Source: Sedimentisphaerales bacterium | Lineage (GTDB): Bacteria > Planctomycetota > Phycisphaerae > Sedimentisphaerales > SM23-30 | Reading direction: 5' to 3' (one strand) | DNA length: 64,000 bases | Assembly (NCBI GenBank): GCA_963666285.1 | Contig: OY762711.1 | In this document: piece after piece, positions 37,889 to 49,300 of the stretch | Layout: every line of letters starts with the position of its first letter | Position numbering within the stretch: position 1 is the stretch's first letter | Notes under the pieces: model-generated | What the model was told of the DNA's origin: nothing | The model's database searches: none | The model's input: only the letters and a program-made list of their open reading frames with translations | Translations under genes and position numbers: made by a program

Positions 37889-40800
37889 TCAGTTAGAGTA
37901 GATTCGCAGCTCTACGCTGTTAGGGGTGAATGGTTCTATGTTGATGGTATTGCGGCCTTTGGTGAGGCAGCTGGTGATATCCTTATAGAGCGGTGTGCCG
38001 ATGCAGCCGCCGGTGTAGGTACCGTTAACCGAGATGCGGGCGGCGGCTTCCGGCTGGATAGAGTCCATGTATAGGATGTATCTAAGGTTATTCTGAGGCA
38101 CTTCGGGCAGCTCGACATAGCCGGCGAAAGGTTGTGACTGTTGGATTGGACTAAGTGTCAGCATTGGGCAGCCGGGGCGGCCCCATGGGTTGGATCCGTA
38201 TGGGGCAAAAGCCGCGACAGAGGACCATGATGAGTCGTTGAAATCTGAGTTCTGCCAGTTGGAAACAAGCCGGTCGTGTGCCTTCCAGCTTTGGTCGATT
38301 TTTATTTCCCTGGTGCTGCCGTCGGCGAGTGTGAGTGTGATCTTGCCGATGAGACCGGCCGGGCTTGGTTTGTCGGTAGCGTTCAGTACGCGGATCGCTA
38401 TTGTGTTGCGGTTGCTGACAAGAGCATCTCGAATATCGACGTTTGAGATATTATGCCACTCGTTGAAGTTTCCCTGTTTGTCGTCGATCTGTGTGCCGTT
38501 AATATAAAGAGTTATCTCGTTATCGGCGGTGGCGATGAATGCGGCCTTTTCGATTTTCTGTATTTGCGGCAGATCAAAAGTGTTGCGGAAGTAACAGAAG
38601 CCGGGAGCAACAGAAGATGCCGCATTCTGGCCGGTCAGCCAGACCCAGCTGCAGTTGCTGAGAGGGCCGGTGAGGCTGTCTTTTCTGGTGTAGACCAGGT
38701 CAGAGGTGTCTGTAGGAGTAACCTTTAGTGCTTTTTCAGGCCTGGTATTGGCAATATCCAGATGTTTCGGCAGACGACGGTTTACCGGATTGAAGACAAT
38801 GAGCGTACTTTCCAGAGAGTCTAGTTTCAGGTTAAGCTCAACGTGTTCGCCGCTGCGTTTACAAGGCAGAGAGGTGATTTCTCCCCGCATTGGATCCCAG
38901 CATTCAGGGAAGCCGGACGCCTTGATACGTAAGTGGAAATTGCGGGAGATAGAGTCATTGTTCTGGTTGCAGATGAAGAAGATATCATTGTTGTCTTTGA
39001 CCCGGTGGAGGACATGCAGCCAGTTATCGGTTTCGCCTTCGAGAACTTCAAGTGTTGAGTGGATGTCGGCGTTATCGGCAAGAACCGTTTGCATCTGTTT
39101 GGGGGTTGGGTTTGCGGGCAGGAAATATGATCGGCCGCCTGATGGGCTGGTGCGGCAAACATTCAGGCCTGGTACGGCATTGCCCCAGATATTCTGACAG
39201 AGGTTCAGGATGTCTTTGCTTGTGTGGTTGAGGTCGGCAGATTTTTCCGGCAGGAAATCATAACCGATGACTGTGCCGCCTGCCTGGAAAAAGTTATATG
39301 CTTTTTTGAGTGTCTTGTACGGGATGACTTCAACCGGCGGTACGATGAGCACCTTGTATTTTTCCTGATAGAGGTTCATTTCTTTGTTGGCGAGTGTGAC
39401 ATTGTTTTCGAAGACATCGTATGGCAGCCAGTCGCAATCATATAAAGCATCCTGCAGTGATTCGCTCATTCGTTCGGGTAGAACTGCTTTGCCGACATGG
39501 CAGCTGTTACCCAGGTAGAGCAGGGCGACGGGGCAGACATGGCGACCGCCGGTAAGCATAAGGCTTAGTCGGCTGGTGTAGTCGGCGTATACTTTGTAAA
39601 GCGGCCAGCGAGGCTCTTCGCCGCCGTTGTAGAAATAGGGCGGGCAATCATTGTCGTAAGGAGATCGCGGGTTGAATGAATGCTGGATATGGAAGTTTAT
39701 GCCGCTGACGTGCATGTGGTCGGTCCACCATTTCATTTCCGGGTAGGTAAGGTCTTGACCGCGGGCGCCGAAAATTTCTACCATCGCTATGTCGTCCTGT
39801 TTGCCGTATGCATGGCTGATTGAGCTGCCAAGCTTTGGTGTTTGCCAGGTAGAGCGGTCCTGGGCACCACGCTGACCAATTACAAACTGGGAGAAAACAG
39901 CGTCGATAGCACCCATATCGCTGTATTTCTGCAGCTGGAACATATTTCCGGCACAAGCCCAGTTAGCGAGGTATTCCTTGTTGTGTTCGAGAAAATGCCC
40001 GATTGATTTTACGTTGTGATTGCAGCACCATTCGGTAATCCCACCGAACAGGGTTCTGCCCCAGGCTTCAGCGAAGGCATCCTGATACTGATACCTGGCA
40101 GCGGTTTGTTCCGGTCCGTTGAGTTCGAGTTTCCATGCGACAAGAGCTTTTTTCCAGTCTATGCCACGTTCTTTCAGCATAGGAATGACTTCTGTTCCCC
40201 AGTCGCCGTGTGTTTCCGGTTCGTCGTAGAAGAAGCCGGGTATCCAGGTGCCAAAATCGTCTTTAAAGTGGTCGTAATGAGGCTGGTAGACTGTTTCGAT
40301 ATACCAGTCGACGGCTTCGCGGCTGGCACCATCGACCAGGTAGCTGCCGTGGCGTTTATCGCTGTATTTCCAGCTGAAGATCATTATCTGCCAGTTGTCC
40401 GAAGGGGGCTGCCAGCTGATGGTGCCGTTTTTTATTTTGGCGGTCAGATCAATGAGTGAATTGCCGTCGATCTTTCCGTTTATATTTTTGCCGGCCAGAA
40501 CGGCGATGAGCTTGTCTGTTTCAATTTTGACAGCTGTATCTTTATTCTGCTGAACAGGGATTGCTTTGGCCTGCATGTATTTACTGCCGTATTGCTGTGG
40601 TACCATGCCGCCGACTTCGCCGCTGGGCCACCATCTTTCATCGAATATCCACATTTTGAGGTTGTTCTTTTTTGCTGCGTCCAGACAGATTTGCAGATCT
40701 CTGTACCAGTTGTCGCCCAGCCAGTCGTTGTGCGGCCGAGATTCTGCGGTAAAGCAACCGTTGCCGCCTTCTGCAACTTTTTCAACATACATTTCGAGTT

Positions 40801-40996
40801 TTTCTTTGCTTTCATCGCCATGCAGCCAGAATAGGGGACCGCTTAATCGCAGAGATTCCGGAGGCAGATTGATGAATTGCTGTTGGAGGTTTGCTAAGTC
40901 GGCCTGCTTGTCAGCAGCAGCGAAAAGATCAGATGTGTTGAAATGAAAAATAACTGCGGCTAAAAGAAATGTACATGTAAATAAACGGAATTTCAT
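37889..40996 (-). CDS. Secreted glycoside hydrolase, GH106-like (alpha-L-rhamnosidase-related)
   Basis: Signal peptide, 'WIFDERWWPSG..GG', 'GFFYDEP', 'SSISH..G....VEIFG', 'SGIN', 'PECWDP..GEI'. Confidence 0.7.
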   Translation of the reverse strand: MKFRLFTCTFLLAAVIFHFNTSDLFAAADKQADLANLQQQFINLPPESLRLSGPLFWLHGDESKEKLEMYVEKVAEGGNGCFTAESRPHNDWLGDNWYRDLQICLDAAKKNNLKMWIFDERWWPSGEVGGMVPQQYGSKYMQAKAIPVQQNKDTAVKIETDKLIAVLAGKNINGKIDGNSLIDLTAKIKNGTISWQPPSDNWQIMIFSWKYSDKRHGSYLVDGASREAVDWYIETVYQPHYDHFKDDFGTWIPGFFYDEPETHGDWGTEVIPMLKERGIDWKKALVAWKLELNGPEQTAARYQYQDAFAEAWGRTLFGGITEWCCNHNVKSIGHFLEHNKEYLANWACAGNMFQLQKYSDMGAIDAVFSQFVIGQRGAQDRSTWQTPKLGSSISHAYGKQDDIAMVEIFGARGQDLTYPEMKWWTDHMHVSGINFHIQHSFNPRSPYDNDCPPYFYNGGEEPRWPLYKVYADYTSRLSLMLTGGRHVCPVALLYLGNSCHVGKAVLPERMSESLQDALYDCDWLPYDVFENNVTLANKEMNLYQEKYKVLIVPPVEVIPYKTLKKAYNFFQAGGTVIGYDFLPEKSADLNHTSKDILNLCQNIWGNAVPGLNVCRTSPSGGRSYFLPANPTPKQMQTVLADNADIHSTLEVLEGETDNWLHVLHRVKDNNDIFFICNQNNDSISRNFHLRIKASGFPECWDPMRGEITSLPCKRSGEHVELNLKLDSLESTLIVFNPVNRRLPKHLDIANTRPEKALKVTPTDTSDLVYTRKDSLTGPLSNCSWVWLTGQNAASSVAPGFCYFRNTFDLPQIQKIEKAAFIATADNEITLYINGTQIDDKQGNFNEWHNISNVDIRDALVSNRNTIAIRVLNATDKPSPAGLIGKITLTLADGSTREIKIDQSWKAHDRLVSNWQNSDFNDSSWSSVAAFAPYGSNPWGRPGCPMLTLSPIQQSQPFAGYVELPEVPQNNLRYILYMDSIQPEAAARISVNGTYTGGCIGTPLYKDITSCLTKGRNTINIEPFTPNSVELRIYSN

Positions 40997-41050
40997 AAAT
41001 ACTTCTCCTGATATGCTGCGTTTTTTATTTAGTATTAAGCTGTCTAAATT

Positions 41051-42469
41051 TTAACAAATCTCAATGTGCTGTATTTTGAGTAGTTTTGCTAATTTCTTAA
41101 TTTTGTTTGCCTGGTGACCGATGCCGATGGCACAATGGTGAGCAGGTCCGGCCAGGGACCACTGTTCGATGAATTCACCGGCTGGGATACTGAATTTATA
41201 GCGGCTGTTGGTATTGCCGATTTGAAGAGTAGGGCCGGGTACACTTTGTCCTTCGGCGATAAGCAGTTTAACATTGTCGTGGCGATCCTGAACGACGCTC
41301 AGCAGGGTTACGGGACCGTGCTTGACGCTCATCTGGATCGACAAGCCTTTGCCGGGTTTGCCGTGGTACAAAGGCAGAGGGACCAGGCCAACGGAACCCT
41401 CGGCGATAGCGAAATGTGCCGGACCGTCGTGGCCGAGCATAACAATGTCGTCGTTGAAGTCTGTTGCATAGAATTCGGAAAAAGAGCCGCCTGCCCCCAG
41501 GGTGTCGAGGATTTTCATGGCATGGACATTTTTGATTTCACATTCGCCGGCTACGGGTACGTTGCTGCCGGTGAGCAGAGTATTGCCGGCAATGACGCTG
41601 GTAACGATATTTTCATATTCATTACCGGGAGCACCTTCATAGTAGTAGGCCAGTGCACCGAGATTGTGTTTTTCCATCAGGGCATCCAGCGCACAGGATG
41701 TTTTAGCTGCGCGTTCAAGCTCTTTTGTATCGCAATCCCTGGAGACGTCAAATTTATCTTCGAATTGGGCCAGTTTGGAAAGAACCTGATCTGATGTTAC
41801 CTGTTCTCTGATCTGGTGCAGTTCGCACATCTCGAGCAGTTCAAAGTGGGTGCCGAAATTAATGGATAATTGGGTCATGTCGCTATAAACATCCAGCATG
41901 CCGCAATAATAATGGCCCAGGACACCTACCCGGTTTGCAGCCATTATTTTAGCGGTTCGGGCAGCTTCGATCCAGTCGCCGATTTGTTCCCATACGCCTG
42001 GCTGCTGAAGGTAGCCAGTAACCAGGTTACAGTCTATGCCGGCACGGTTAAAAACGGAGGCGATTTCTGGAACAGAGCAGCTTTGGCAGTGGGCGAGCCA
42101 TTCTCCGGTCATCAGGGCCCTGTCATTGAGGGCGTTAAAAGCTTCGTAGTTTATAGCAGCTACCGGTTGTATGTTGAGAACAATTACAGGAACTTTGGCT
42201 TTCTGGACAACCGGCAAAACAGTAGATGATAAAGCATAGGTTGAAATATACAGGAATATGATATCGACGTTGTTGGAGCAAAACAGCTCGACAGCCTGCT
42301 GGGCCTTTGATGGGTTGTCAACCATTCCGGCGTCGATGACTTCTACCTGCATTTTGGAAAGCTGGTCGTGAATTTGAGCCTGGTATGATTGCAGTTTTTG
42401 TAAGAGACCATCGAACTGGTCCCAGTAAGTATCGAGTCCGATTCCGAATAAACCCGCTTTTAGCTTCAT
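41051..42469 (-). CDS. L-fucose/L-arabinose isomerase family protein
   Basis: '[15 protein letters not shown]', '[11 protein letters not shown]', 'GECEIKN', 'GGSFSEF', 'GHDGPAH', '[11 protein letters not shown]'. Confidence 0.88.
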   Translation of the reverse strand: MKLKAGLFGIGLDTYWDQFDGLLQKLQSYQAQIHDQLSKMQVEVIDAGMVDNPSKAQQAVELFCSNNVDIIFLYISTYALSSTVLPVVQKAKVPVIVLNIQPVAAINYEAFNALNDRALMTGEWLAHCQSCSVPEIASVFNRAGIDCNLVTGYLQQPGVWEQIGDWIEAARTAKIMAANRVGVLGHYYCGMLDVYSDMTQLSINFGTHFELLEMCELHQIREQVTSDQVLSKLAQFEDKFDVSRDCDTKELERAAKTSCALDALMEKHNLGALAYYYEGAPGNEYENIVTSVIAGNTLLTGSNVPVAGECEIKNVHAMKILDTLGAGGSFSEFYATDFNDDIVMLGHDGPAHFAIAEGSVGLVPLPLYHGKPGKGLSIQMSVKHGPVTLLSVVQDRHDNVKLLIAEGQSVPGPTLQIGNTNSRYKFSIPAGEFIEQWSLAGPAHHCAIGIGHQANKIKKLAKLLKIQHIEIC

Positions 42470-42757
42470 GGTTAAAGATCCTTATTTTTTGAATAATACA
42501 AAGTTGTATGCAAAGGTATATATACAAAATATACGCATTAACCAATATAAACAAGGAGTTTGACAATATATTTTACGACAATGTTGGAATTATGAGATTG
42601 CTGGGCGGGGTGATTTTGTTTGTGTTATAAGTTATTTTATATTAGATATTTATATTTTATGTAAATATGCAGGTTGAATTGTATGTGTTTAATGAGTATA
42701 TTAAAGGTAGTATAATTTTGCGGCAAATGCAGCTAATTTTTTCAATCTGGACTAACT

Positions 42758-43654
42758 ATGTATGAGTTTTACCATTATCTGCCGGTAAATGATGATATTA
42801 TGCAATGGGGAATGTACCTGACCGGGGTAGGAAGAGGAGTGATCCCTTCTAAAGACAAGTACCCGCCGGCTGGTCATCCGACGCTTTATGCTTTTAGCTA
42901 TCAGAGGGGCAGGATACTGCCGGAGTTTCAGATGATACTGATAACTGAAGGTGAAGGTGTGTTTGAATCAAAGCAGACAGGGAAGGTGGTGATAAAGCCG
43001 AATACGTTTTTTATACTATTTCCAGATACCTGGCATCGCTATAAGCCGGACGGGGATATCGGGTGGAAGGAGAGGTGGATATCTTTTAATGGTACAATTG
43101 CGCATCATTTATTAGACCAGGGATATCTAAATCCGGGCAAGCCTGTCTATTATCTGTCGGAATCATCAAAAGTGATCTCGATATTTGACAGTTTTTTGGA
43201 CGGCGTACATGAGAAGCCAACCGAAAACAATATTGTCAGGTCATTAAAAACAATGGCTTTGTTAAGCAGTATAATGGAGATTATCGGGAATGATTATGTT
43301 AATGAGCCGTTATTTTTGAACAGCCCGTCGGCGAGTGATCCGCTGGTCAGGTCGGTGCTGGATATGATCTGGGCGCATAGTCATCGACCATTATCGATAG
43401 AGTCAATTTGCAAACAAGTACCGGCATCTCGCCGAACCCTGGAGCGAAGATTCCAGGAGGTATGCGGCCATACGATTCACGATGAGATAATTGAATGCCG
43501 TCTTAGCCGGGCAAAGAGGCTGCTGCGTGAGACCAATATGTCGGTCAAGACAGTTGCTTACCTGGCCGGCTTTAACGGGATTGAACGGATGAGAAGTGCG
43601 TTTAAAAAAGTGACAGGTCTATCACCATCTGAGTTTAGGGGAAGGGAATATTAG
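42758..43654 (+). CDS. AraC-family transcriptional regulator
   Basis: N-terminal cupin ('WHRYKP...GWKE.WI.F') and C-terminal double HTH ('RRTLERRF...RL.RAK.LL....VA..AGF...AFKK.TG.SP..FR'). Divergent from the isomerase gene. Confidence 0.93.
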   Translation: MYEFYHYLPVNDDIMQWGMYLTGVGRGVIPSKDKYPPAGHPTLYAFSYQRGRILPEFQMILITEGEGVFESKQTGKVVIKPNTFFILFPDTWHRYKPDGDIGWKERWISFNGTIAHHLLDQGYLNPGKPVYYLSESSKVISIFDSFLDGVHEKPTENNIVRSLKTMALLSSIMEIIGNDYVNEPLFLNSPSASDPLVRSVLDMIWAHSHRPLSIESICKQVPASRRTLERRFQEVCGHTIHDEIIECRLSRAKRLLRETNMSVKTVAYLAGFNGIERMRSAFKKVTGLSPSEFRGREY

Positions 43655-43845
43655 ATATGCCAGATATGCTTTGTAGGCATGCAGAATCGCGTATGCTAAA
43701 AGCTCTTTATATTAGAGTGTCGTATTGTGTTGATCGAGGAAAGAATATTTGACGGTTCACCTCTATACCGTTATTATTATGGCCAGGACTTAACTGACCT
43801 TTAATTCCCTCTTTAAACGAATTATACTAAAGGATAAACTGTAAT

Positions 43846-44394
43846 ATGAAATATATATTAATGTCTATTACCATTTTGATTTCTGGTTGTATATCAGACA
43901 ATAGATTAAAAAATAATTTATTAATACTGGAACCTAAATCATCAAAAAAACAAATTGCTTCTGTGTTGAAAAATTATGGTTTTAAATTTCAGAAGGATCT
44001 CCTGTGTTTGAATTTCGACGGATTTATACCTTGCCCACTTGAGGATTTTGGCTTGGAGGGAGTAATTAGTGAACCGATTGATGACACTATTGATAAAAGT
44101 GTTATTCAATCGGAAGATTATAAAGAATTACGTATTCCAAAAGATACAAATAGATTCAATGAATTAGGGCCTGTCTCAATTTTTGCATTTACTAACAAAG
44201 CAATTGATTGCTTGATTTTCGTAGAGTTTCATGAAAATGAAAACATAAAAGTCCTTAAAAGATATGCCGTTGTCAATGATGTCAAAATTGATAACCTAAG
44301 TATCGAATATGTTGATATGGAATTGGATAAAGCAAACCACAAATTACCTGATAAAGTTATAAAGGTAATATCGAAAGGTAAAAAGAATAAATAA
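43846..44394 (+). CDS. Hypothetical lipoprotein
   Basis: AAGGA RBS and lipobox ISGC. AT-rich. Confidence 0.7.
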   Translation: MKYILMSITILISGCISDNRLKNNLLILEPKSSKKQIASVLKNYGFKFQKDLLCLNFDGFIPCPLEDFGLEGVISEPIDDTIDKSVIQSEDYKELRIPKDTNRFNELGPVSIFAFTNKAIDCLIFVEFHENENIKVLKRYAVVNDVKIDNLSIEYVDMELDKANHKLPDKVIKVISKGKKNK

Positions 44395-44492
44395 AGTTAG
44401 TTGTTCTTTCTTGTAGTCGGTATTATCAAAAAAAAATTAAAAGTATCAGATATGCTCTGTAGAAAAGCTCTTTAATAAATGAACAACAGCAA

Positions 44493-44524
44493 AGAGAGTT
44501 AAAGGGGGCGTCTCTTTAATTCTC
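44493..44524. terminator. Hairpin between convergent genes
   Basis: GAGTTAAAGGG...TCTCTTTAATTC stem with G-U pairs. Confidence 0.45.
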
Positions 44525-44585
44525 CTCAACTTAAGTCGAAATATAAATGTAAACGAAATTATGAGACTGATAGAAAGGTTTTAAC

Positions 44586-46097
44586 TTATTTATAGGCTTC
44601 TTGTATTGCCAGCTGCATTTGATTAATTTCATTATCAGTAAGTTCAGGAAAATGTGATTTGCGTTTACTTCTTGATAGTGTGCCGTTATTTTGCAGGCAG
44701 AACCTGATGAACATATCTATTTTCCGGTCAGGCATATCAACTATCTCCCGGATAGCAGTTTTTGTTGTATCGTAGTTTTTCAGGAAATCCAGTTCAGTAA
44801 CCATTTCTTTTTCAATAGTGATCTGGATAAAATAAAAAAGATTTTCTGCGATTGTTGTCATATCAGGATAGCGGTAATGGTTGGCTGTACGATTATGAAC
44901 TTCCATTTTGCCGCTTTCGTCAAGAGTGTAATCCAGCAGTGGGATTAGCGGTTTAGAAAAACTTTCCAGGCACGCATCGTAAGCATTCATATTATTGAGC
45001 ATGGCAGCCGAAATTGGGAAAATGAATCCATTCGGGCTGAACTTTCGGCGTGTGAGTATGTTGTGTATCAGAAATCTGTGTATTCTGCCATTACCGTCTC
45101 CAAACGGGTGCAAAAACACAAAACCAAATGCAATAGCCGCCGCATGGATAACCGGATGTAATTCTTGAGAGTTGTCCATTCTCTTATGAGACGAGATAAG
45201 TCCTTCCATTAAGCCAGTCAGATCTTCAGGCTTAGGTGGGATGTAATGTATTTTCTCCTGCTGCCAGGCAACCGATTCGCCTACATAGTTCTGGTTATTT
45301 CTGAAATCCTCATCTGCATATCGCGGATCAACGATCCGGTTCTGTAATTCAATCAGTGTTTCTTTGCTTATAAAGTCATCTTTTTCTGCTGCGTGCAGCA
45401 TTGCCGTAAAACGCTCAGCCCGCCCGGCGTTTGGGGTGATATTTTCTATAGCAAAAGATGATTTGGTTTCTTTAGTGTACATATAGCTGATCGCACGTTT
45501 AAGCAGTCTTTCAGGATATTCAGACAAAATGCTGCGGCATTTGGAGCTTAAGTTATAACTTTCAAAATCAGCAATAGTTTTAGTTTTTCGAATTTGAGGA
45601 CAAAAATCTGGATTGCCCAGCATATTGTCACGAATACGCTGTCGTCGAATCATTGTTCCTTCCGTTGTGAAATACAGTTCCCGATCAAGCAGGTCAACGT
45701 AATTGCCCTTTGCCAGGTCATTAATTGGTAATTGATCACCGGTAATCCATTCGTAAAGATACCATATCCGTCTGGTATATTGACCTTGCGGCTTGGTTGT
45801 TATCCATGAAGTTAATTCTTTTTTATCGGCTAAAGCGAATATTTCGGAAAGTATTTCAAGGTTCACGCCTTCATATTTCAAGGCAAACTCAAAGTGATCG
45901 AACCTGTTTTTACCGGGAAAGTATGATTTTGGGTATATTTCCTTTATGCTGCCGTCTGACTCAATGGTCTTCTGGTGAGATGAACCACCTATTTCTGACT
46001 TGTGCCAGTGAGGCATTACCTGCAGGTCAAAATGCTGAACAAGCCAGGCGTATCCTGCCGGATTAAATTTATTGGACCTATTTTGTTTGTTTAACAT
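44586..46097 (-). CDS. Fic-domain protein (AMP transferase)
   Basis: Canonical HPFGDGNGRIHR motif and an upstream inhibitory-type motif SSFAIEN. Confidence 0.93.
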   Translation of the reverse strand: MLNKQNRSNKFNPAGYAWLVQHFDLQVMPHWHKSEIGGSSHQKTIESDGSIKEIYPKSYFPGKNRFDHFEFALKYEGVNLEILSEIFALADKKELTSWITTKPQGQYTRRIWYLYEWITGDQLPINDLAKGNYVDLLDRELYFTTEGTMIRRQRIRDNMLGNPDFCPQIRKTKTIADFESYNLSSKCRSILSEYPERLLKRAISYMYTKETKSSFAIENITPNAGRAERFTAMLHAAEKDDFISKETLIELQNRIVDPRYADEDFRNNQNYVGESVAWQQEKIHYIPPKPEDLTGLMEGLISSHKRMDNSQELHPVIHAAAIAFGFVFLHPFGDGNGRIHRFLIHNILTRRKFSPNGFIFPISAAMLNNMNAYDACLESFSKPLIPLLDYTLDESGKMEVHNRTANHYRYPDMTTIAENLFYFIQITIEKEMVTELDFLKNYDTTKTAIREIVDMPDRKIDMFIRFCLQNNGTLSRSKRKSHFPELTDNEINQMQLAIQEAYK

Positions 46098-46353
46098 TTC
46101 ATTTTCCTTAAAACACTTACAGTATTAGAAATATACTTACAATATAAGCAATCGGCAAGAAAATACTTATATATTCACTATTTTATATATAAATACTTAT
46201 AAATATTGTTATATGATGAAAAATAGTGATATTGTGGTATGTTTGAGTGGAAATGCTATTTGGGTGTCAAAAAATGATAGTGGAAGCATGAAACGGCTTT
46301 TTATCTAATATCTCGCCATAATTCAGAGAGTCCATCATCAGCAGTTTATGGTT

Positions 46354-49300
46354 TTAATCGCCTGTCAGGTCGAAGGCGGTAAAGAGGTTTTCGATATTGC
46401 CGGTTGGGTTGTCGCTGTCGCCGTTGGAAGCGGTCCATTCAATACGCAGCGGCAGGTAAAGTTTGCCGTCGGCGCTGAGTGTGGCACTAGCCTGGGCGAG
46501 TCCGTCTGAGTCAACCTGGATAGTATCAAGCAGTATTGGTCCGGCGGCGGTGTCACGGATAGCGAAATAGGTATCGTTCTGGTTGTTGCCGACGATGATG
46601 ACATTATTGATAGTGACGATAGGGCAGCTGCTGTGGATTTCCCAGCCGAGGCTGGCAGTAGGGTACGACCATTTAACAGTGCCGTCAGAGGTATTGACGG
46701 CATATAGAGTCCCGTCGCCCTGGCTGCTGTTGGTCTGGAAATAGAAAGTAGAGCCGTCATGGCTGAGACAGCCGGTGCTCTGGGCACGCTGCGGGTTATT
46801 CATACCTGAAGTATATTGGAAGACCAGGGTACAGGTATCATCCCAGAGCGGCTGACCGTCTTTGGTCAGTCCAACCAGGTATATACTACTCTCTCCGGCA
46901 GGCATATATATATTACCGTTTTCCGGGTCGATGGTAGCATTGGCGTCTGAATTTATGGAAGCAGCAGCCCAAATCTGATCTCCAGTATCGCCGTTCCAGC
47001 ACTTAATCAAATTTGTTCTACCGCCGGAGATAACCAGCAAAGTGCCGTTATCATCATAGAGTGACGGGTCGTTATAGCAGGCATATACAGTTGAGGCAGC
47101 TGCCCATGATTGAGTAATGGCATTGCCGCTGTCAATGCCGGCATATGAAGTTTCATTCCAGCTATGCAGCCATATACGCCCGTCCGGGCTGATGGTGGGC
47201 GAGTTCATGTTGAGCATTGAAGAAGTGTCGGCGGCGGTATCCCGGAATATTGAAGGGCCAACGGCTGTTTCAAAAGCCATGAGTTCTCCGTCAGTTGCAT
47301 CGCTGGTGATATATACAGCTTTTCCGTCATTAGAGAAAGCGGCGGTCATTAATGCGATGCTTTCGCCGCCGGAGGTGTTGCCTTGCCATAATAGTTTGCC
47401 GGTATGGCGGTCCATGCCCTGAATCCCCTTGGGCCAGTGGTAGGAGCCAGTTACGACATCTTCGCCGTCTGGTCCGATGGCGGTGAAGAAGCTCATTGAA
47501 GTTGCCGAGAAATTACCGTTTGAAGGTGAGTCAGGAGAAGGTTTCTGCCAGATGATATTATCAAAGAAAGTGTTATTAAGTTTTGATGACGGGATGGAGA
47601 AGTATGCCCGGCCGGTATTGAACATGTCTTTTTGTTTCATCTGCCAGTTATCGATAATGGTTTCTATGCCGTAATCCTGGGATATGTAGGCAAGGTCAAG
47701 TATGTTTACAATGCCGTCGCCGCTGATATCGCCTTGTATGCCGCAATAGCTTCCGAGCCAGTTGGACGCAAGTATGACGAGGTCATAGATGTCGACCGTG
47801 AGGTCGCTGTTGAGGTCTGCGGTCTGAGGGGCGGCCGGGATATTGACCGGGCACTGATTGCTAAGACCTGATGAGTTAGCGGAATCGTATGCTCTGACGG
47901 TATAGGTATATGAATTGCACGGTGAGACAGTTGTATCGACATAACTGTTGGTTGAGGTAGTGCCAATTTCGATGTCGTTGCGATATACATAGTAACCCTT
48001 AACACCGATATCGTCGGTAGAGGTAGTCCAGGATAGCGAAACTGATTCAAAAGTTATTTCAGTTGCGGTAAGGTTGGTCGGATCGGTTGGCGGTTCGGAG
48101 TCTGGTATATTTGTACCGTCCAGTTCGATAGAATAATAAGCATCGGCAGTATTGCCCTGCCAGTATTGCATGTTATAGTCAGAGACTTCCATTATGCGGT
48201 ACCATATCTGTCCGGCATATTCGATGCGAAAGACAAATACGCTGTTGGCGTGGCCGTAGGTGTGGATAATATCGCCGCCTGGGTTGAAAGGGTTTCTGGG
48301 CAGATGTACGTATCCATCGCTATCGGTAAAATACTGCTGGTCTGGAGTGTTGTCGATGGTTTTGCCGTACCATCCGGGCCCGGCAGCAGCCTGGTATATT
48401 TTTACATCGGCACCAACCCAGGGAACACCGGCAGTGTCAATAAACCTGACATGATTGTTGTCCGGCAGATCCTGAAGGAAAACGCCGATGTTGCATGGGG
48501 CGTTGGCATTGCCGCAGGTAGCTCGTTGTCCGGCGATCAGGTTTAACGCACCGGCTTCATATGGAGACCATGCGAAGTCGTAGGGGCCGGACATAACACC
48601 GCCGCTTTTGTTGTAGTATAGCACTTCTCCCCAGGCGAGGAACGGCATATACGAGCTGCCGCCTACATAGGTGTCGCCTTCCCAAATCTGTACGGAATGG
48701 TGGCTGGAGGTATTGTGCACATCGAACCCGTAGCTGTCGATGAGGTAGCGGGCATGGCCGAGCTCGTGTATAAGGCTCTTTTCGATATAGAACGGGTTGT
48801 CTTCGCTGGTCGAGGAATGGTTTGAATAGAAGTCAGATTCAAGTCCGGAAGCGGTAAAACCCCACATTAGATCAACTGTTTTGTCGCTACTGTCCGGATT
48901 GTTGGTAGGCAGCCCACCATTCAGCGGCAGGGTTCCGTCAGGGACGATGACGATTTTGTCGATTCGCACACGGTCTAAAACGCCATCCGGTGAGTTGGGC
49001 CAGATAGCAGTTTCGTACAGTTCGTTTTGTTTGGCCATCTGCCGCTGGATCCAGTCCGGCCATGAATTTGAACCTATACCCAATTCATACTGATAGAAAT
49101 GGAAATAATCGTAAACGGACTGCTCGACCCAGAATCCGGCGATAATGGCGTTGGTGCGGTCGGCGAGATAGTTGTTGTCTTCGCTGTCTTCTGAGACATA
49201 TTCTTCCGGATCCAGAACAAGTTCAACGTTATGAGGGCCGTCTTGCCATTCCCATTCGATAGTAACTATGCCCTCTTCGTTGGGCGGCAATTCGATAGCG

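Noticed and set aside
43846..46097. Fic plus convergent lipoprotein as a toxin-immunity pair
   Set aside because: They are convergent, in different predicted compartments, and Fic has its own inhibitory-type motif.
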